From the NCBI GenBank assembly GCA_963811305.1, contig CAWEQU010000008.1:324539-388538 (forward strand): a DNA stretch of 64,000 nt. The letters run 5' to 3'. The notes below the pieces were generated by a model. It did no database searches. It was not told where the DNA came from and was given only the letters and a program-made list of their open reading frames with translations. A program made the position numbers and the translations under genes. This DNA is from an uncultured Chloroflexia bacterium. Its GTDB lineage: Bacteria > Chloroflexota > Chloroflexia > QHBQ01 > JADMIH01. This document shows positions 49,367 to 59,309 of the stretch, piece after piece (within the stretch, counting starts at the first letter, position 1; the number at the start of each line of letters is the position of its first letter).

Positions 49367-49911
49367 ATGCCAATTCGAACTAACGAGCCTCGGCTTCCTC
49401 TAGAGCCGGAAGAATATCCACTTTACAAGCCGCCACGCCGCTTCGGGTGCTCCGGCCTGACTATAGTCACGCTCCTTACGCTGGGGGTCTTTGCCCTGCT
49501 CGTCTGGAAAGTGACGCCTGATATGGCAAAGGCTATCACCGACTTGCCCAAGCCGCTCTTCCGGGGCCTATCGACCCCGGAGGTCACGCGCGGTCCCGGC
49601 GCATTGTCAACCCAAACGGCGATAGCTGCGCCCACACGCCCACCCGTAGTTACTCCTACCCCTATCGTCATATACGTTCAGCTGGGCAATAATAGCGGGC
49701 AGACTATCAGGCTACGAGCAAGCCGGACAGCACCTCCAGCTACCAGGTGTCGTTCAAGGGTGGGGAGATACTCCAGGTGATAAGCCCGGACGAGACCGAT
49801 AGAAACGGCAACACCTGGCGACACGTACAGCTCCTCGGGAAAGATGGGCGTAACGGCTGGGTGCTTGCTAAATATCTCAACCCCTACACCGGACCCGTCC
49901 CAGCCCCTTAG
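49367..49911 (+). CDS. membrane-anchored SH3-like domain protein, one frame break
   Basis: A TM segment (LTIVTLLTLGVFALLVW) is followed by a shift near 49720 to ..SYQVSFKGGEILQVISPDETDRNGNTWRHVQLLGKDGRNGWVLAKYLNPY.. and TAG at 49909-49911. Confidence 0.55.
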
Positions 49912-50022
49912 AACTACCGATAGCCAGATTTGGTTGCCATTCCCACAAGGGCGCGATAAATCACGCCCCTACGGATATTTGTCTTTCCGTTATTTCCTGA
50001 GCACTTTCCCCGCCGCCTGTCT

Positions 50023-50051
50023 TTGACACGCATAGCAACTGGATGTACAAT
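50023..50051 (+). promoter_or_regulatory. consensus promoter TTGACA-17-TACAAT ending 7 nt before an ATG (leaderless)
   Basis: Hexamers at 50023-50028 and 50046-50051. ATG at 50059. Confidence 0.55.
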
Positions 50052-50058
50052 CATACTG

Positions 50059-50521
50059 ATGGATAAGAAACGCTACGAAAAAGAGATAGAAGAGATTCTC
50101 GCCAAGTACGACCAGGAGTCGGGACGTAAGGAGAAGCCCAAATCTGATGTGCCCGCAGGCGGGGGCGGGATTGGTGGCTTCAGGCCGAGCGTGCCCGGTC
50201 GAGGCAATAGCCCCACGCCGGAGTAGCCCGTCTTTCGGACCTAATCTCAAGAAGATGGGCGCAGGACAATATATGCTCGCTGCGTTCGGCCTTGCTATAT
50301 TGGCGATTTTCGTGCGGGCCTTCTCTCCGGGTCTGGCAGGGATCATGGTGATACTCGCAGCGGTGCTCTTCCTGGTGCCGGTGCTTCTTCACCGCAGCCC
50401 AGGGGGAGGCGCGCCACAGCAAGAGAAGCGCTGGCGCGGCCAGGTGATAGATTTCTCAACGCGGCGCGAAATCACCAACGACCCCTTCGCCGCTATAAAA
50501 CGCTGGTTCAGGCGAAAGTAA
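50059..50521 (+). CDS. hypothetical small membrane protein, one frame break
   Basis: MDKKRYEKEIEEILAKYDQESGRKEKPKSD.. (ORF 50023-50226) joins ..MGAGQYMLAAFGLAILAIFVRAFSPGLAGIMVILAAVLFLVPVLL.. (ORF 50147-50521). Confidence 0.45.
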
Positions 50522-50584
50522 GATGTATAGAAGGGTATGTGGAATGGGTTTACAACCCATTCTTCTGCTTTCAGGGGCTGAATA

Positions 50585-51151
50585 TTGAGTACAAAAGCCA
50601 GGCATCGAGCAACAATAGAAGACCTGTACTCCATACCGGATAACAGCAAGGCTGAGCTTGTAAATGGAGAGATTGTGCTTATGTCACCGACCGGGGGGAT
50701 TCCTGGGCACGCGGGTGGTGAGATTTACGCTAGCTTGCGAGATTATGCCCGGCGCACAAGGTCCGGTCACGCTATACCGGACAATGTAGGTTTTAGAGTT
50801 GGCCTACCTCACAGGGAGTTTTTCAGTCCTGATGCGGCCTTCTATACCGGAGAGTTGAGTATGAAATATCTCGAAGGCGCTCCGGTATTTGCTGCTGAAG
50901 TTAGAAGCGAAGGGGATTACGGCCCCAACGCCGAGCAAAGTATGGCCGATAAACGTAGAGATTACTTTGCCGCAGGTACGCTAGTGGTATGGGATGTTGA
51001 CTTACTTAGCGAAGACGTAGTACGTGTTTACCGCGCTAACGACCTGGAGCGGCCTACAATATACCGCCATGGCGAGACCGCTGAAGCTGAGCCTGCTGTA
51101 CCCGGCTGGTCTATACAGGTTGATAACCTCTTCCCCTATGAAGATAAGTAG
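50585..51151 (+). CDS. Uma2-family (DUF820) endonuclease
   Basis: ..TIEDLYSIPDNSKAELVNGEIVLMSP.., ..SPDAAFY.., ..APVFAAEVRSEGD.., ..KRRDYFAAGTLVVWDVD... Confidence 0.8.
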   Translation: MSTKARHRATIEDLYSIPDNSKAELVNGEIVLMSPTGGIPGHAGGEIYASLRDYARRTRSGHAIPDNVGFRVGLPHREFFSPDAAFYTGELSMKYLEGAPVFAAEVRSEGDYGPNAEQSMADKRRDYFAAGTLVVWDVDLLSEDVVRVYRANDLERPTIYRHGETAEAEPAVPGWSIQVDNLFPYEDK

Positions 51152-51197
51152 CGGGCGGTTAATTATCGAAGCCAGCTACCAGCATCTCCTCCAGCAC

Positions 51198-52830
51198 CTA
51201 CAGCTGTGTGCTCACCATCATGGTCAATAGGGGCTTCCGAGAAAAGAGCATGTAGGCTATCGGCGGCAGCATGATTATTAGCCCGGTCCAGCCAACCAGT
51301 GGCGCAAGAGGCTCAGCAGCCACAGGGAAGAGCGCGTAGAGCGTCATGCTGCTGGCGCACAGGATAATGGTCGCGTTCCATAGCCGCCCCGGCCCTATCA
51401 GAACCGCTGGCGCCACCAGCCAGGATACGTACCAGGGCCAGAACCATAACGCCCCTACTGTAAGGTAGACAAATACCACCACGACCCATGCAGGTAACGT
51501 TCGCGCAAAAGTCCGCGCACGCCACGTCGCCGCTATCGAGATAGCCGCCACGACTAGCAGTAAGCCCCACCGCACATAGGGGTCGAACGCGGCACGCAGA
51601 GAGTTCTAGCTCCCATGCCCCGGCAGGCTGCCAATTCAGCCATGAGGCGATATTGTTGATCCCCTCGGTCAGCTGGAACACCAGGATTTTGCCAATGGAG
51701 TGATTGTAGCTGCTTGTTCCCGGGGCGACCAGGGGCAAAGCGCTAAGCGTGCCGAGACCTTTCCAAAAAGGCGCGAAGCAGACCACATATGCTAAAGCCG
51801 CTATCAAGAGGGCCTGACATACCCTCCAGACACGCTCCCCCATACGCGCCTGCTCGCTATTCTCGCTGATACTCTCCTGCCAGAAGATAAGCCATAGATA
51901 ACCGGGGAGAAAAATGACCCCACCGAACTTTACCAGCCCGGCAACTGCCAGCGCCAGCGTCGCTAACCGCCATCGCCTCTCCACGTGCAGCCAGGTCGCC
52001 GCCAGAACACACGTCACCAGCAATAAATCATTATGCCCACTTACCCCGAACTCAATCAGAAGTAAGGGGTTCCATGCATAAGCAATTGTAACTGCCACGC
52101 GTCCACTTACGCGCCATTGATCAGGCGTTGTCCCTTCCGGCAAGGTCGGTACGCGCCAGTAACGGGTTATCACCAGCCCCGCGACTTTCCATACGAGCCA
52201 AATATTCACCAGGTGAGTCAAGTCCGCCAACAGCCTGTGGCCCAGAAGGTGGTTTACTATATTCCCGTCGCCAACCTGCGCGACCCACGCTATCACACCC
52301 GCCAGCATTACCCACACGGGGCCATAGATATTCGGACGGTCATGCCAGATGCCGTATTGAAGCCAATTCCCCGTGTCGAGCGCCGAGTAGCTAGCTGCCA
52401 GGTCTATATAAGGGTTGCCACCAAAGATGCCGAAGATGCGCCCAAACCATATATAGTTGAATATGTCGGTCGAGAATATCCCGCGCACGAAGAGGAGTAT
52501 GAGCATAGGGACGCCCGCGAAAGCCAGGATGTATTTTCAAAGCGCGCCGCGTGTCAAGCTCCGAGAAAGCCCCGAAAGAAAAGAGTTCTTGAGAACAAGG
52601 ACGTATATCCCGAAAAGCCACGCCAATAAAGCGAAGTAGAGAAAGGCATTCAGCAGCCCAAGCCCCGAAGTTCGCGTAGCCGCAATCCACTCTTGCGGAA
52701 AGATACCCAGGAGTGGCTCGAATACGCCCGGCCATCTATCCTGTATGAGCGATGGATAGACCCAGAGAGTCTGGCGATTCCAACAGCAGGAAGAGGCCCA
52801 CGTATCCCAGCAAGAGCATAGCCCCTGCAA
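51198..52830 (-). pseudogene. GT-C fold membrane glycosyltransferase, paralogue of 9336-11173, 2-3 frame disruptions
   Basis: FSTDIFNYIWFGRIFGIFGGNPYIDL..NIYGPVW (ORF 51313-52506) is collinear with the other copy. The N-terminus is in ORF 52537-52830 and the C-terminus in ORF 51198-51575. Confidence 0.6.
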
Positions 52831-52935
52831 GAGTAATGAGCCGCAGTCCCTTCAGGTTGGCGATGGTGCTCAGGTTACCATCTCCTGGTCATCTCACTTA
52901 CACAGTAAACGTTGAGTGAGTAAGTAAATCGACCT

Positions 52936-53028
52936 GTAGGGGCGGTTCGTGAACCGCCCTTGTCTCCCGCAGGGGATGTTGCCAAACACGGTGGGTCCCC
53001 AACAGGGCGGTTCACGAACCGCCCCTAC
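52936..53028. repeat. REP doublet: two GTAGGGGCGGTTCGTGAACCGCCC hairpins in inverted orientation
   Basis: 52936-52959 is the exact reverse complement of 53005-53028. Each unit is itself a GGGCGGTT-N4-AACCGCCC hairpin. Confidence 0.85.
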
Positions 53029-53044
53029 ATATTTATCACGCATC

Positions 53045-54601
53045 CTATCGTCTGTTGACCCGGTGTATACGCACGTCATACCCGCCGACACTCACCGTCT
53101 TGACGTTCTCGAAGGCGTTGAAGAGCGCATCGTATTGGGCGATCATGTCGGCGTAGCGTTCAGGCTCTGCATAGAAGCGGCCATACTCCCCCTGGCTGAA
53201 TACCAGGTAGTCAACTCCGTTGGTGGCGTACCACTCCGGCGTATGCAGCGCCATTATCGTGTAGTCTTGCACATGATAACGCTTCGGGTCCACATAGGGT
53301 GCGTAAGGCTCTATGGCAACGGTGCTGCCTTCAGGTACGTTCTCCTCGATCCACACCCTGGCAATCTCACGGCTCTCTACGCGCTCCAGAAACGAATTGG
53401 TAGTTTCCACCATCGCCACGACAGGGAAAGCGATAGATAGAGCGGCCAGCGCAGCCACTCCGAACGCGATAGCTACCCGTGCCCTCTGTGGATACGTATG
53501 GCGTACCATCCTCCGAGCAAGCGTCACCAGCAAAGAGGAGGCCAGTAGATACATGAAGGGGGTCAGAGGCAGGGCGGTACGGTCGTTGCGCACCGCGAAG
53601 CTGTTGATAAAGACGAAATAGACCAGCGGAAAAATGGAGAGGAGGATGACAGGCTTGAGGCGAAGGTATATCCCCCGCCCCGCCTCCGCGAGCGCGAGCA
53701 ACCCTATTGGCCCGCCCGTAATCCATAGATAGTCGAGATACCACTTGAGCGTGTCCCCGTCCATGCCGATATGCCCGGTCGAGTAGTGCTCCGCCTCGGA
53801 GCGCAACCCGGTGATGAAAGCTTCCATGTCAAAGAGGGCGTATGGTGTGGTCAGGAAGAACGCTACGGGAGCTAACGCGAGAGCAAGATAGAATCGCTGC
53901 TCCCGCACCCCGCGCCAACCATGTCGCAAGAAGTGAGCGCCCACGAGGGCGAGGCCGATCAGCACGCCGTTATACTTGCCGGAAGCCGCGAGTCCCACCG
54001 ATAATCCCGCCACTATATAGTCCCACAACTCTCCCCGTTGGAAGACAAGCACCGCCCCCCAGAAGGCGAGCAGGATGAAGAAGACCTGGATGACATCGGG
54101 CGTGATATAGCGGCTGTGTTGCACGTTCCCAGGCGATATCGCCATCAGCAGCGCCGCCAACAGCCCTACCATCGTGCTGCCAGTTAGCCGCTTGCCTATC
54201 ACATAGACCAGCGCTACCGCGCCCACGCCGAACAGGAGAGAGACGCTTCGCCCAAGCAGAAAGGTGGAGGGCATGGGGGATATGCCCACGCCCGTCGTGA
54301 GCATCATGGGGGCTGCTATGTCGTCGGGACTGTGGAAGGCCCCCGTTATGCTGCCCAGCAGATAGAAAGGGAGATAGGCCAGCGCGTTGATGTCGAAGAA
54401 GAGAGATGGGAAGACGAATGAGTGGGGGTTCCAATCGCCTCTCTTGAACATATCCTGGGCGATTGGAACGTAAAGCGGCTCATCGGGGTGGTAAATATAC
54501 GGCAGTCCAAAAGCAAGACTCCAGACCCGTACCGCCAACGCCAGGAATAGTATCCCGGCGACAAGCCATTTTATATGACGGTCAAGGCTGTTAGAGAGCA
54601 T
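53045..54601 (-). CDS. GT39/ArnT-like (PMT_2) membrane glycosyltransferase
   Basis: Start is taken at MLSNSLDRHIKWLVAG (ATG 54601). ..GLPYIYHPDEPLYVPIAQDMFKRGDWNPHSFVFPSL.. is typical. The listed 67-codon N-terminal extension is read-through of the (GTCCATC)n array. Confidence 0.75.
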   Translation of the reverse strand: MLSNSLDRHIKWLVAGILFLALAVRVWSLAFGLPYIYHPDEPLYVPIAQDMFKRGDWNPHSFVFPSLFFDINALAYLPFYLLGSITGAFHSPDDIAAPMMLTTGVGISPMPSTFLLGRSVSLLFGVGAVALVYVIGKRLTGSTMVGLLAALLMAISPGNVQHSRYITPDVIQVFFILLAFWGAVLVFQRGELWDYIVAGLSVGLAASGKYNGVLIGLALVGAHFLRHGWRGVREQRFYLALALAPVAFFLTTPYALFDMEAFITGLRSEAEHYSTGHIGMDGDTLKWYLDYLWITGGPIGLLALAEAGRGIYLRLKPVILLSIFPLVYFVFINSFAVRNDRTALPLTPFMYLLASSLLVTLARRMVRHTYPQRARVAIAFGVAALAALSIAFPVVAMVETTNSFLERVESREIARVWIEENVPEGSTVAIEPYAPYVDPKRYHVQDYTIMALHTPEWYATNGVDYLVFSQGEYGRFYAEPERYADMIAQYDALFNAFENVKTVSVGGYDVRIHRVNRR

Positions 54602-54609
54602 TTCATTGG

Positions 54610-54712
54610 CGATGGACGATGGACGATGGACGATGGACGATGGACGATGGACGATGGACGATGGACGATGAAACGTGATGCGTGATGGTGAACAATGGAC
54701 GATGGACAGATG
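54610..54712. repeat. (GATGGAC)9 + GTGATGC x2 + GATGGAC-like array abutting the GT39 start
   Basis: Read directly. Confidence 0.9.
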
Positions 54713-54741
54713 GTGCTGTGAAATGGGTTTGTTAGTGGCTC

Positions 54742-55518
54742 TTAGCCTGGTATATCTTCGGGGGCTAATTCTTGCATAGGCGGCTTCGCCATCTTCAGCC
54801 ACTCAAAGACGCGAGCATCCGTTTCGGGGTCGTGCTGGGAGGACACATGGTTACCCCCCGATAGGAGCCAGAGGGCTTTAGGCTCGCGTGCTTCGTCATA
54901 GATGCGCTGGCTGGTGTGGGGGGGCACAACTTCGTCCCCTTCGGCGTGTATCAGCAATAGGTGGCGCGGAGAGATGCGCCTGGCAGCTTTGGCTACGTCG
55001 AGGCGATAGAGCAATTGCAGGGTCGAGTTGACGTTGACGCGAGGGGGAGTGCCCTGGACGAGAGGAGAGGGGTGCCCGCGCTGCACCATCGCCACCTCCT
55101 CCATGAGTATGGTTAGCTGGGACTCGTTGGGGGGGCAGTAGGCCACCACCGGGGCGACCTCCTTCAGGTGGGCTGCCGTGTGGATAGCGAGCCAACCTCC
55201 CATCGAGCTGCCGCGTATCGCCACGCTCATAGGGTTGACTTCCGGGCGGCTCTGTAGGTACAGGATTGCGGCGGCCACGTCGTTGAAGAGGTTGGCGTCC
55301 ACCTGCCCATCGCTCTCGCCATGCCCCCGCAGGTCCAATATCAACGTCACGAAACCGGCAGCGGCGGCACGCTCCCCGAACGCCACGTGACGCTCCTTGC
55401 TGGAGCCGAACCCGTGGCAGGCCACGATGCCCGGCCACCACTCCGCGTCCCCCTGCGGGAGATACAGGTTGCCTGCCAGCCTGACATCATCGTAAGTGGT
55501 AAATGTGACACGCTCCAT
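54742..55518 (-). CDS. alpha/beta hydrolase (dienelactone-hydrolase/peptidase S9-like)
   Basis: MERVTFTTYDDV.., HGFGSSKE, GSSMGG nucleophile elbow, ..HAEGDEVVP.., ..GGNH... Confidence 0.75.
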   Translation of the reverse strand: MERVTFTTYDDVRLAGNLYLPQGDAEWWPGIVACHGFGSSKERHVAFGERAAAAGFVTLILDLRGHGESDGQVDANLFNDVAAAILYLQSRPEVNPMSVAIRGSSMGGWLAIHTAAHLKEVAPVVAYCPPNESQLTILMEEVAMVQRGHPSPLVQGTPPRVNVNSTLQLLYRLDVAKAARRISPRHLLLIHAEGDEVVPPHTSQRIYDEAREPKALWLLSGGNHVSSQHDPETDARVFEWLKMAKPPMQELAPEDIPG

Positions 55519-55569
55519 ATAGCACCCTCCCGGTTGACGCTCCTGCATCCCTCTGATATAGTGCGATAG

Positions 55570-55656
55570 TCCAAAGTCCAAAGTTCAAGGTTCAAAGTTC
55601 AAGGTTCAAGGTTCAAGGTTCAAAGTTACGAAATAATCTCACGTTTCACGTTTCAC
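55570..55656. repeat. (GTTCAA(A/G)) x8 array followed by CACGTTT x2
   Basis: Read directly. Confidence 0.9.
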
Positions 55657-55673
55657 CAGCTACCGGAGACCTA

Positions 55674-57002
55674 ATGGCCCAAGACAAAGATTACGCACGC
55701 ATTTTAGCCGAAAAGATTGATAAGTGCACAGCAACCGTTGGCGTTATTGGCCTGGGGTATGTTGGGCTGCCCCTGGCGGTAGATTTCGCACACGCGGGCT
55801 TCAAGGTGGTGGCGCTTGACTTAGACAAGAGCAAGGTAGAGGCCATAAACGCAGGGCGCTCCTACATAAAAGACATCGAGAGCGCCGACGTGCAACGCGC
55901 AGTGGCGTCCGGCAAGCTCCACGCTACGACAGACTACGCGGCCCTGCGAGAAGCCGATACCGTCTCGATATGCGTACCCACACCCCTCCGCAAGACCAAA
56001 GACCCTGACATATCATACATCGTCTCGGCTACGGAGTCCCTGGCAGCCAACTTCCGCCCCGGCCAGCTAATCATCCTGGAGAGCACCACCTACCCCGGCA
56101 CGACCGACGAGGTTATTCTACCACGCCTATCCGCCGGGGGCTACGTTGTGGGCGAAGATTTCTTCCTGGCTTTCTCACCGGAGCGCGTAGACCCCGGCAA
56201 CCCACACTTCAAGACGGCCAACATCCCCAAGGTGATAGGAGGCGTCACACCCCGGTGCCGCGACCTGGCGAGCGCGCTTTACTCGCATGTCATCGAGCAG
56301 ATTGTTCCAGTTTCCTCCACCAGCACAGCCGAGATGGTGAAGCTGCTAGAGAACACCTTCCGGGCGGTGAATATAGGGATGGCGAACGAGCTTGCGATTA
56401 TGTGCGCGAAGCTGGGTATAGACGTGTGGGAGGTGATAGACGCCGCGGCAACCAAGCCCTTTGGCTTCATGCCTTTTTACCCCGGGCCAGGGCTGGGAGG
56501 GCACTGCATACCGATTGACCCACACTATCTCTCCTGGAAGCTCAAGACGCTCGACTACAAGGCGCGCTTTATCGAGCTGGCCTCCGAAATCAACACCGAT
56601 ATGCCCCTGTACGTGCTCGATCTGGTCTCCGACGCACTCAATGACCACGCCAAGCCGCTCCGGGGAAGCAGGGTGCTGGTGCTGGGCGTGACCTACAAGC
56701 GCGACGTTGAGGACGTACGTGAATCTCCCGCGATAGACATCATCAACCTGATGCGAGCGAAAGGCGCGCACATAGACTACCACGACCCTTACGCCCTCAC
56801 TCTCCAGGTAGCCGAAGACCAACCCTCTCTCAAGACTATTGACCTTTCAGAAGATGCTCTTAAAAGCTACGATGCTGTGGTAATCACCACTGACCACAGC
56901 AGCTACGACTGGGAATGGATAGCCGCCTACTCCAAGATGCTGGTAGACACCCGCAACGCCACCCGCAACGTTGCAAACCGAGAGAACATCCGGCGACTAT
57001 GA
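55674..57002 (+). CDS. nucleotide-sugar dehydrogenase (UDP-N-acetyl-D-hexosamine dehydrogenase-like)
   Basis: VGVIGLGYVGLPLAVDFAHAGFKVVALD Rossmann motif; ..GGHCIPIDP.. catalytic Cys; 442 aa, intact. Confidence 0.85.
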   Translation: MAQDKDYARILAEKIDKCTATVGVIGLGYVGLPLAVDFAHAGFKVVALDLDKSKVEAINAGRSYIKDIESADVQRAVASGKLHATTDYAALREADTVSICVPTPLRKTKDPDISYIVSATESLAANFRPGQLIILESTTYPGTTDEVILPRLSAGGYVVGEDFFLAFSPERVDPGNPHFKTANIPKVIGGVTPRCRDLASALYSHVIEQIVPVSSTSTAEMVKLLENTFRAVNIGMANELAIMCAKLGIDVWEVIDAAATKPFGFMPFYPGPGLGGHCIPIDPHYLSWKLKTLDYKARFIELASEINTDMPLYVLDLVSDALNDHAKPLRGSRVLVLGVTYKRDVEDVRESPAIDIINLMRAKGAHIDYHDPYALTLQVAEDQPSLKTIDLSEDALKSYDAVVITTDHSSYDWEWIAAYSKMLVDTRNATRNVANRENIRRL

Positions 57003-57148
57003 AGAGCTAGGTAGCTATCACGCAGCCAGAATTGATCCGAGGGGAGGGCGTTGTGGGTAATTACCAGGAGAGCAACACCACCCCGTCAACAAATACTCTA
57101 TGTCAATTTTCCACGCCTACTATGGAATATACTTGTTCAAGAAGTATC

Positions 57149-57837
57149 CAAACCAACCCCCGGAGGGGGTGAAACAGGTGTAGCCCAGGGCGTAAGCCCT
57201 GTGGTTAGCCCCATCACAAGCGATAAGCCCTGTAGGGGCGACACAGATGAAGCGATGTAAAGGGTATACGCATGTCACACACTTATACATATCTTGCAAC
57301 GCACATCGTATTCAGCACAGAAGGCCGTCTGCCCATCATTACGGAGGAAATCAAGTCGAGGTTGTGGGCATACATGAATGGGATTGTGGGTAACATCGGG
57401 GGTAAAGCTCTTGCAATAGGTGGTATGGCTGATTATGCTCATCTCCTCTTATTGCTGCCACCCACCATCGCTGTGTCAGATGCGCTACGTACATTAAAAG
57501 CTAATTCGTCCAAATGGGTGCGTGAGAGTGTTACGCCTCAACATAAGTTCTCCTGGCAGAGTGGTTACGCAGCCTTTAGCGTTAGTCGTTCAGGTATCGA
57601 AGATGTAGTTCGATATATAGAAAATCAGGAAGAGCATCACCGGAAGTTCTCGTTTGAGACAGAGTTGCCCGCGTTATTAAAGAAGCACGGTGTTATTTAC
57701 GATGAACGCTATCTATGGAGTTGATAGACTTGAAAACAGCTGTATCGCCCCTACGGGGCTTATGCTCATTACGCATGCTAACCACAGGGCTTACGCCCTG
57801 GGCTACACCTGTTTCACCCCCTCCGGGGGTTGGTTTG
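57149..57837 (+). mobile_element. RAYT/IS200-like Y1 transposase unit bounded by 61-nt perfect inverted repeats
   Basis: 57149-57209 is the exact reverse complement of 57777-57837. Each arm contains the hairpins CCCCCGGAGGGGG and CAGGGCGTAAGCCCTG. The inner sequences GCCCTGTAGGGGCG and CGCCCCTACGGGGC are also inverted. Confidence 0.75.
57272..57724 (+). CDS. IS200/IS605-family Y1 (HUH) transposase, REP-associated (RAYT-like)
   Basis: 150 aa. ..YLATHIVFSTEGR.., ..ADYAHLLLLLPP.. (HUH position reads Y-A-H), ..WQSGYAAFSVS.., ..RYIENQEEHH... Confidence 0.75.
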   Translation: MSHTYTYLATHIVFSTEGRLPIITEEIKSRLWAYMNGIVGNIGGKALAIGGMADYAHLLLLLPPTIAVSDALRTLKANSSKWVRESVTPQHKFSWQSGYAAFSVSRSGIEDVVRYIENQEEHHRKFSFETELPALLKKHGVIYDERYLWS

Positions 57838-57884
57838 AGACCCCTTGAACTAATGCAACTCCCTACTAGAGGTTAAAGGTCCAA

Positions 57885-59249
57885 ATGCTCCGCACACTTC
57901 TCCGAGACGAAAGCCAGCAGTTCCGCGTGGTCGAGGACCCCTCGGCTATAAGTGAGATCGTCACGCACAAGGACCGCCTCTTGTGGCTCGACCTGGAAAG
58001 CCCCACAGCCCAGGAGTTCGCGCTTATACAGGAGGAGTTCGGGCTGCACCCCCTGGCGATTGAAGACGCTATGGCCCGCCACCAGCGACCAAAGGTAGAC
58101 ACATATGACAACTTCTATCTAGTTATCTTCTACTCGGTGGCCGTTGAGGAGCCGGGCGCGGGCAAGATACCTGGGAGGCGAGGCTTGCACGGCACAGACT
58201 TCCTGAAGCATCCTCCCGCCGGAAACAGGGCGGACGAGATGCTCGGCCCAGGCACGCCCGACGGAGAAGTGAGCGTACCCATCGTAGAGCGAGAGGGCGA
58301 CGAAGACAATAATGATAACGGGGCAGACGAACGCATTATCCTGCGGGAGCTGACCCTCTTCATGGGCCAGAACTTCCTCATTACCGTGCACGACCACCCC
58401 ATCAGCGAACTGGACGAAGCCGCCAAGCGTTGGACCCGTAATATAGAAAGCATCACACAAGAATCGACGAAGACGCATAACCTACCCGGCACCAGGAAAC
58501 TCACACCTGATGAAAAGGCGAATCTCACGGCGCAGTCCACATCGCAGCAAGGCCAGGACGCAGGCCCGCAGCAGATGATGGACACCCAACCTATACCTGT
58601 ACAAGACCAGGACCGTCCTCTGATGCTCATTCCCGCCATTGAGCCAGGCGAAGGGGCGGACGACGGCAAGAGCTATCACGAGCAGAACATAGGTATACTC
58701 CTCTATTCCCTCCTCGACACCATCGTAGACAACTATTTTCCGGTGATAGACAGTATAGTAGACCGCATCGAAGACCTGGAAGAGCGCATATTCGAGAAGT
58801 ACAGCCAGAAGTCCATCGAGTTTATATTCACACTCAAGAAGGACCTGCTGGCCCTCCGCAAGGTGCTGGCCCCGGAGCGCGACGTGCTCAACATCCTCAC
58901 TCGCCGCGACATCCCCATCTTCGATAATCACACAATGGTTTACTTCCAGGACGTGTATGACCACGTCGTCCGCGTCACGGACAGCATAGACACCTACCGC
59001 GACCTGCTGTCAAGCGCCCTCGACAGCTTCCTCTCGATGCAGAGCAACAGGTTGAATATCACGGTGCAGACGCTCACCTCCGTCTCTATCATGCTGATGA
59101 GCATGGCAGCCATCACAGGCTGGTACGGGATGAACTTCGCGGCGATGCCTGAGCTACACTCTGCCTGGGGATATCCAGGTGTTATGATAGTGGTAGCCAT
59201 AATCCTTGTCATCGAGTTCTTCTTTTTCAAACGTAAAGGCTGGCTCTAA
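57885..59249 (+). CDS. corA: CorA-family Mg2+/Co2+ transporter with large low-complexity insertions
   Basis: ..LWLDLESPTAQEFALIQEEFGLHPLAIEDA.., ..GWYGMNF.. and two C-terminal TM segments. At 454 aa it is about 100-130 aa longer than my recollection of typical CorA. Confidence 0.85.
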   Translation: MLRTLLRDESQQFRVVEDPSAISEIVTHKDRLLWLDLESPTAQEFALIQEEFGLHPLAIEDAMARHQRPKVDTYDNFYLVIFYSVAVEEPGAGKIPGRRGLHGTDFLKHPPAGNRADEMLGPGTPDGEVSVPIVEREGDEDNNDNGADERIILRELTLFMGQNFLITVHDHPISELDEAAKRWTRNIESITQESTKTHNLPGTRKLTPDEKANLTAQSTSQQGQDAGPQQMMDTQPIPVQDQDRPLMLIPAIEPGEGADDGKSYHEQNIGILLYSLLDTIVDNYFPVIDSIVDRIEDLEERIFEKYSQKSIEFIFTLKKDLLALRKVLAPERDVLNILTRRDIPIFDNHTMVYFQDVYDHVVRVTDSIDTYRDLLSSALDSFLSMQSNRLNITVQTLTSVSIMLMSMAAITGWYGMNFAAMPELHSAWGYPGVMIVVAIILVIEFFFFKRKGWL

Positions 59250-59267
59250 GAGGTAGCTGCAAAAAAT

Positions 59268-59309
59268 ACTCACGAAAATGAGCGCCACAGGCGCTCATTT
59301 TCGTGAGTT
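59268..59309 (+). terminator. hairpin, 19-bp perfect stem
   Basis: actcacgaaaatgagcgcc-acag-ggcgctcattttcgtgagt, 19 nt after the corA stop. Confidence 0.65.

Noticed and set aside
54602-54802. 67-codon N-terminal extension of the GT39 ORF (..[20 protein letters not shown]..).
   Set aside because: It is a translation of the (GTCCATC)n array and overlaps the hydrolase gene end. A start at 54601 gives a normal membrane N-terminus.
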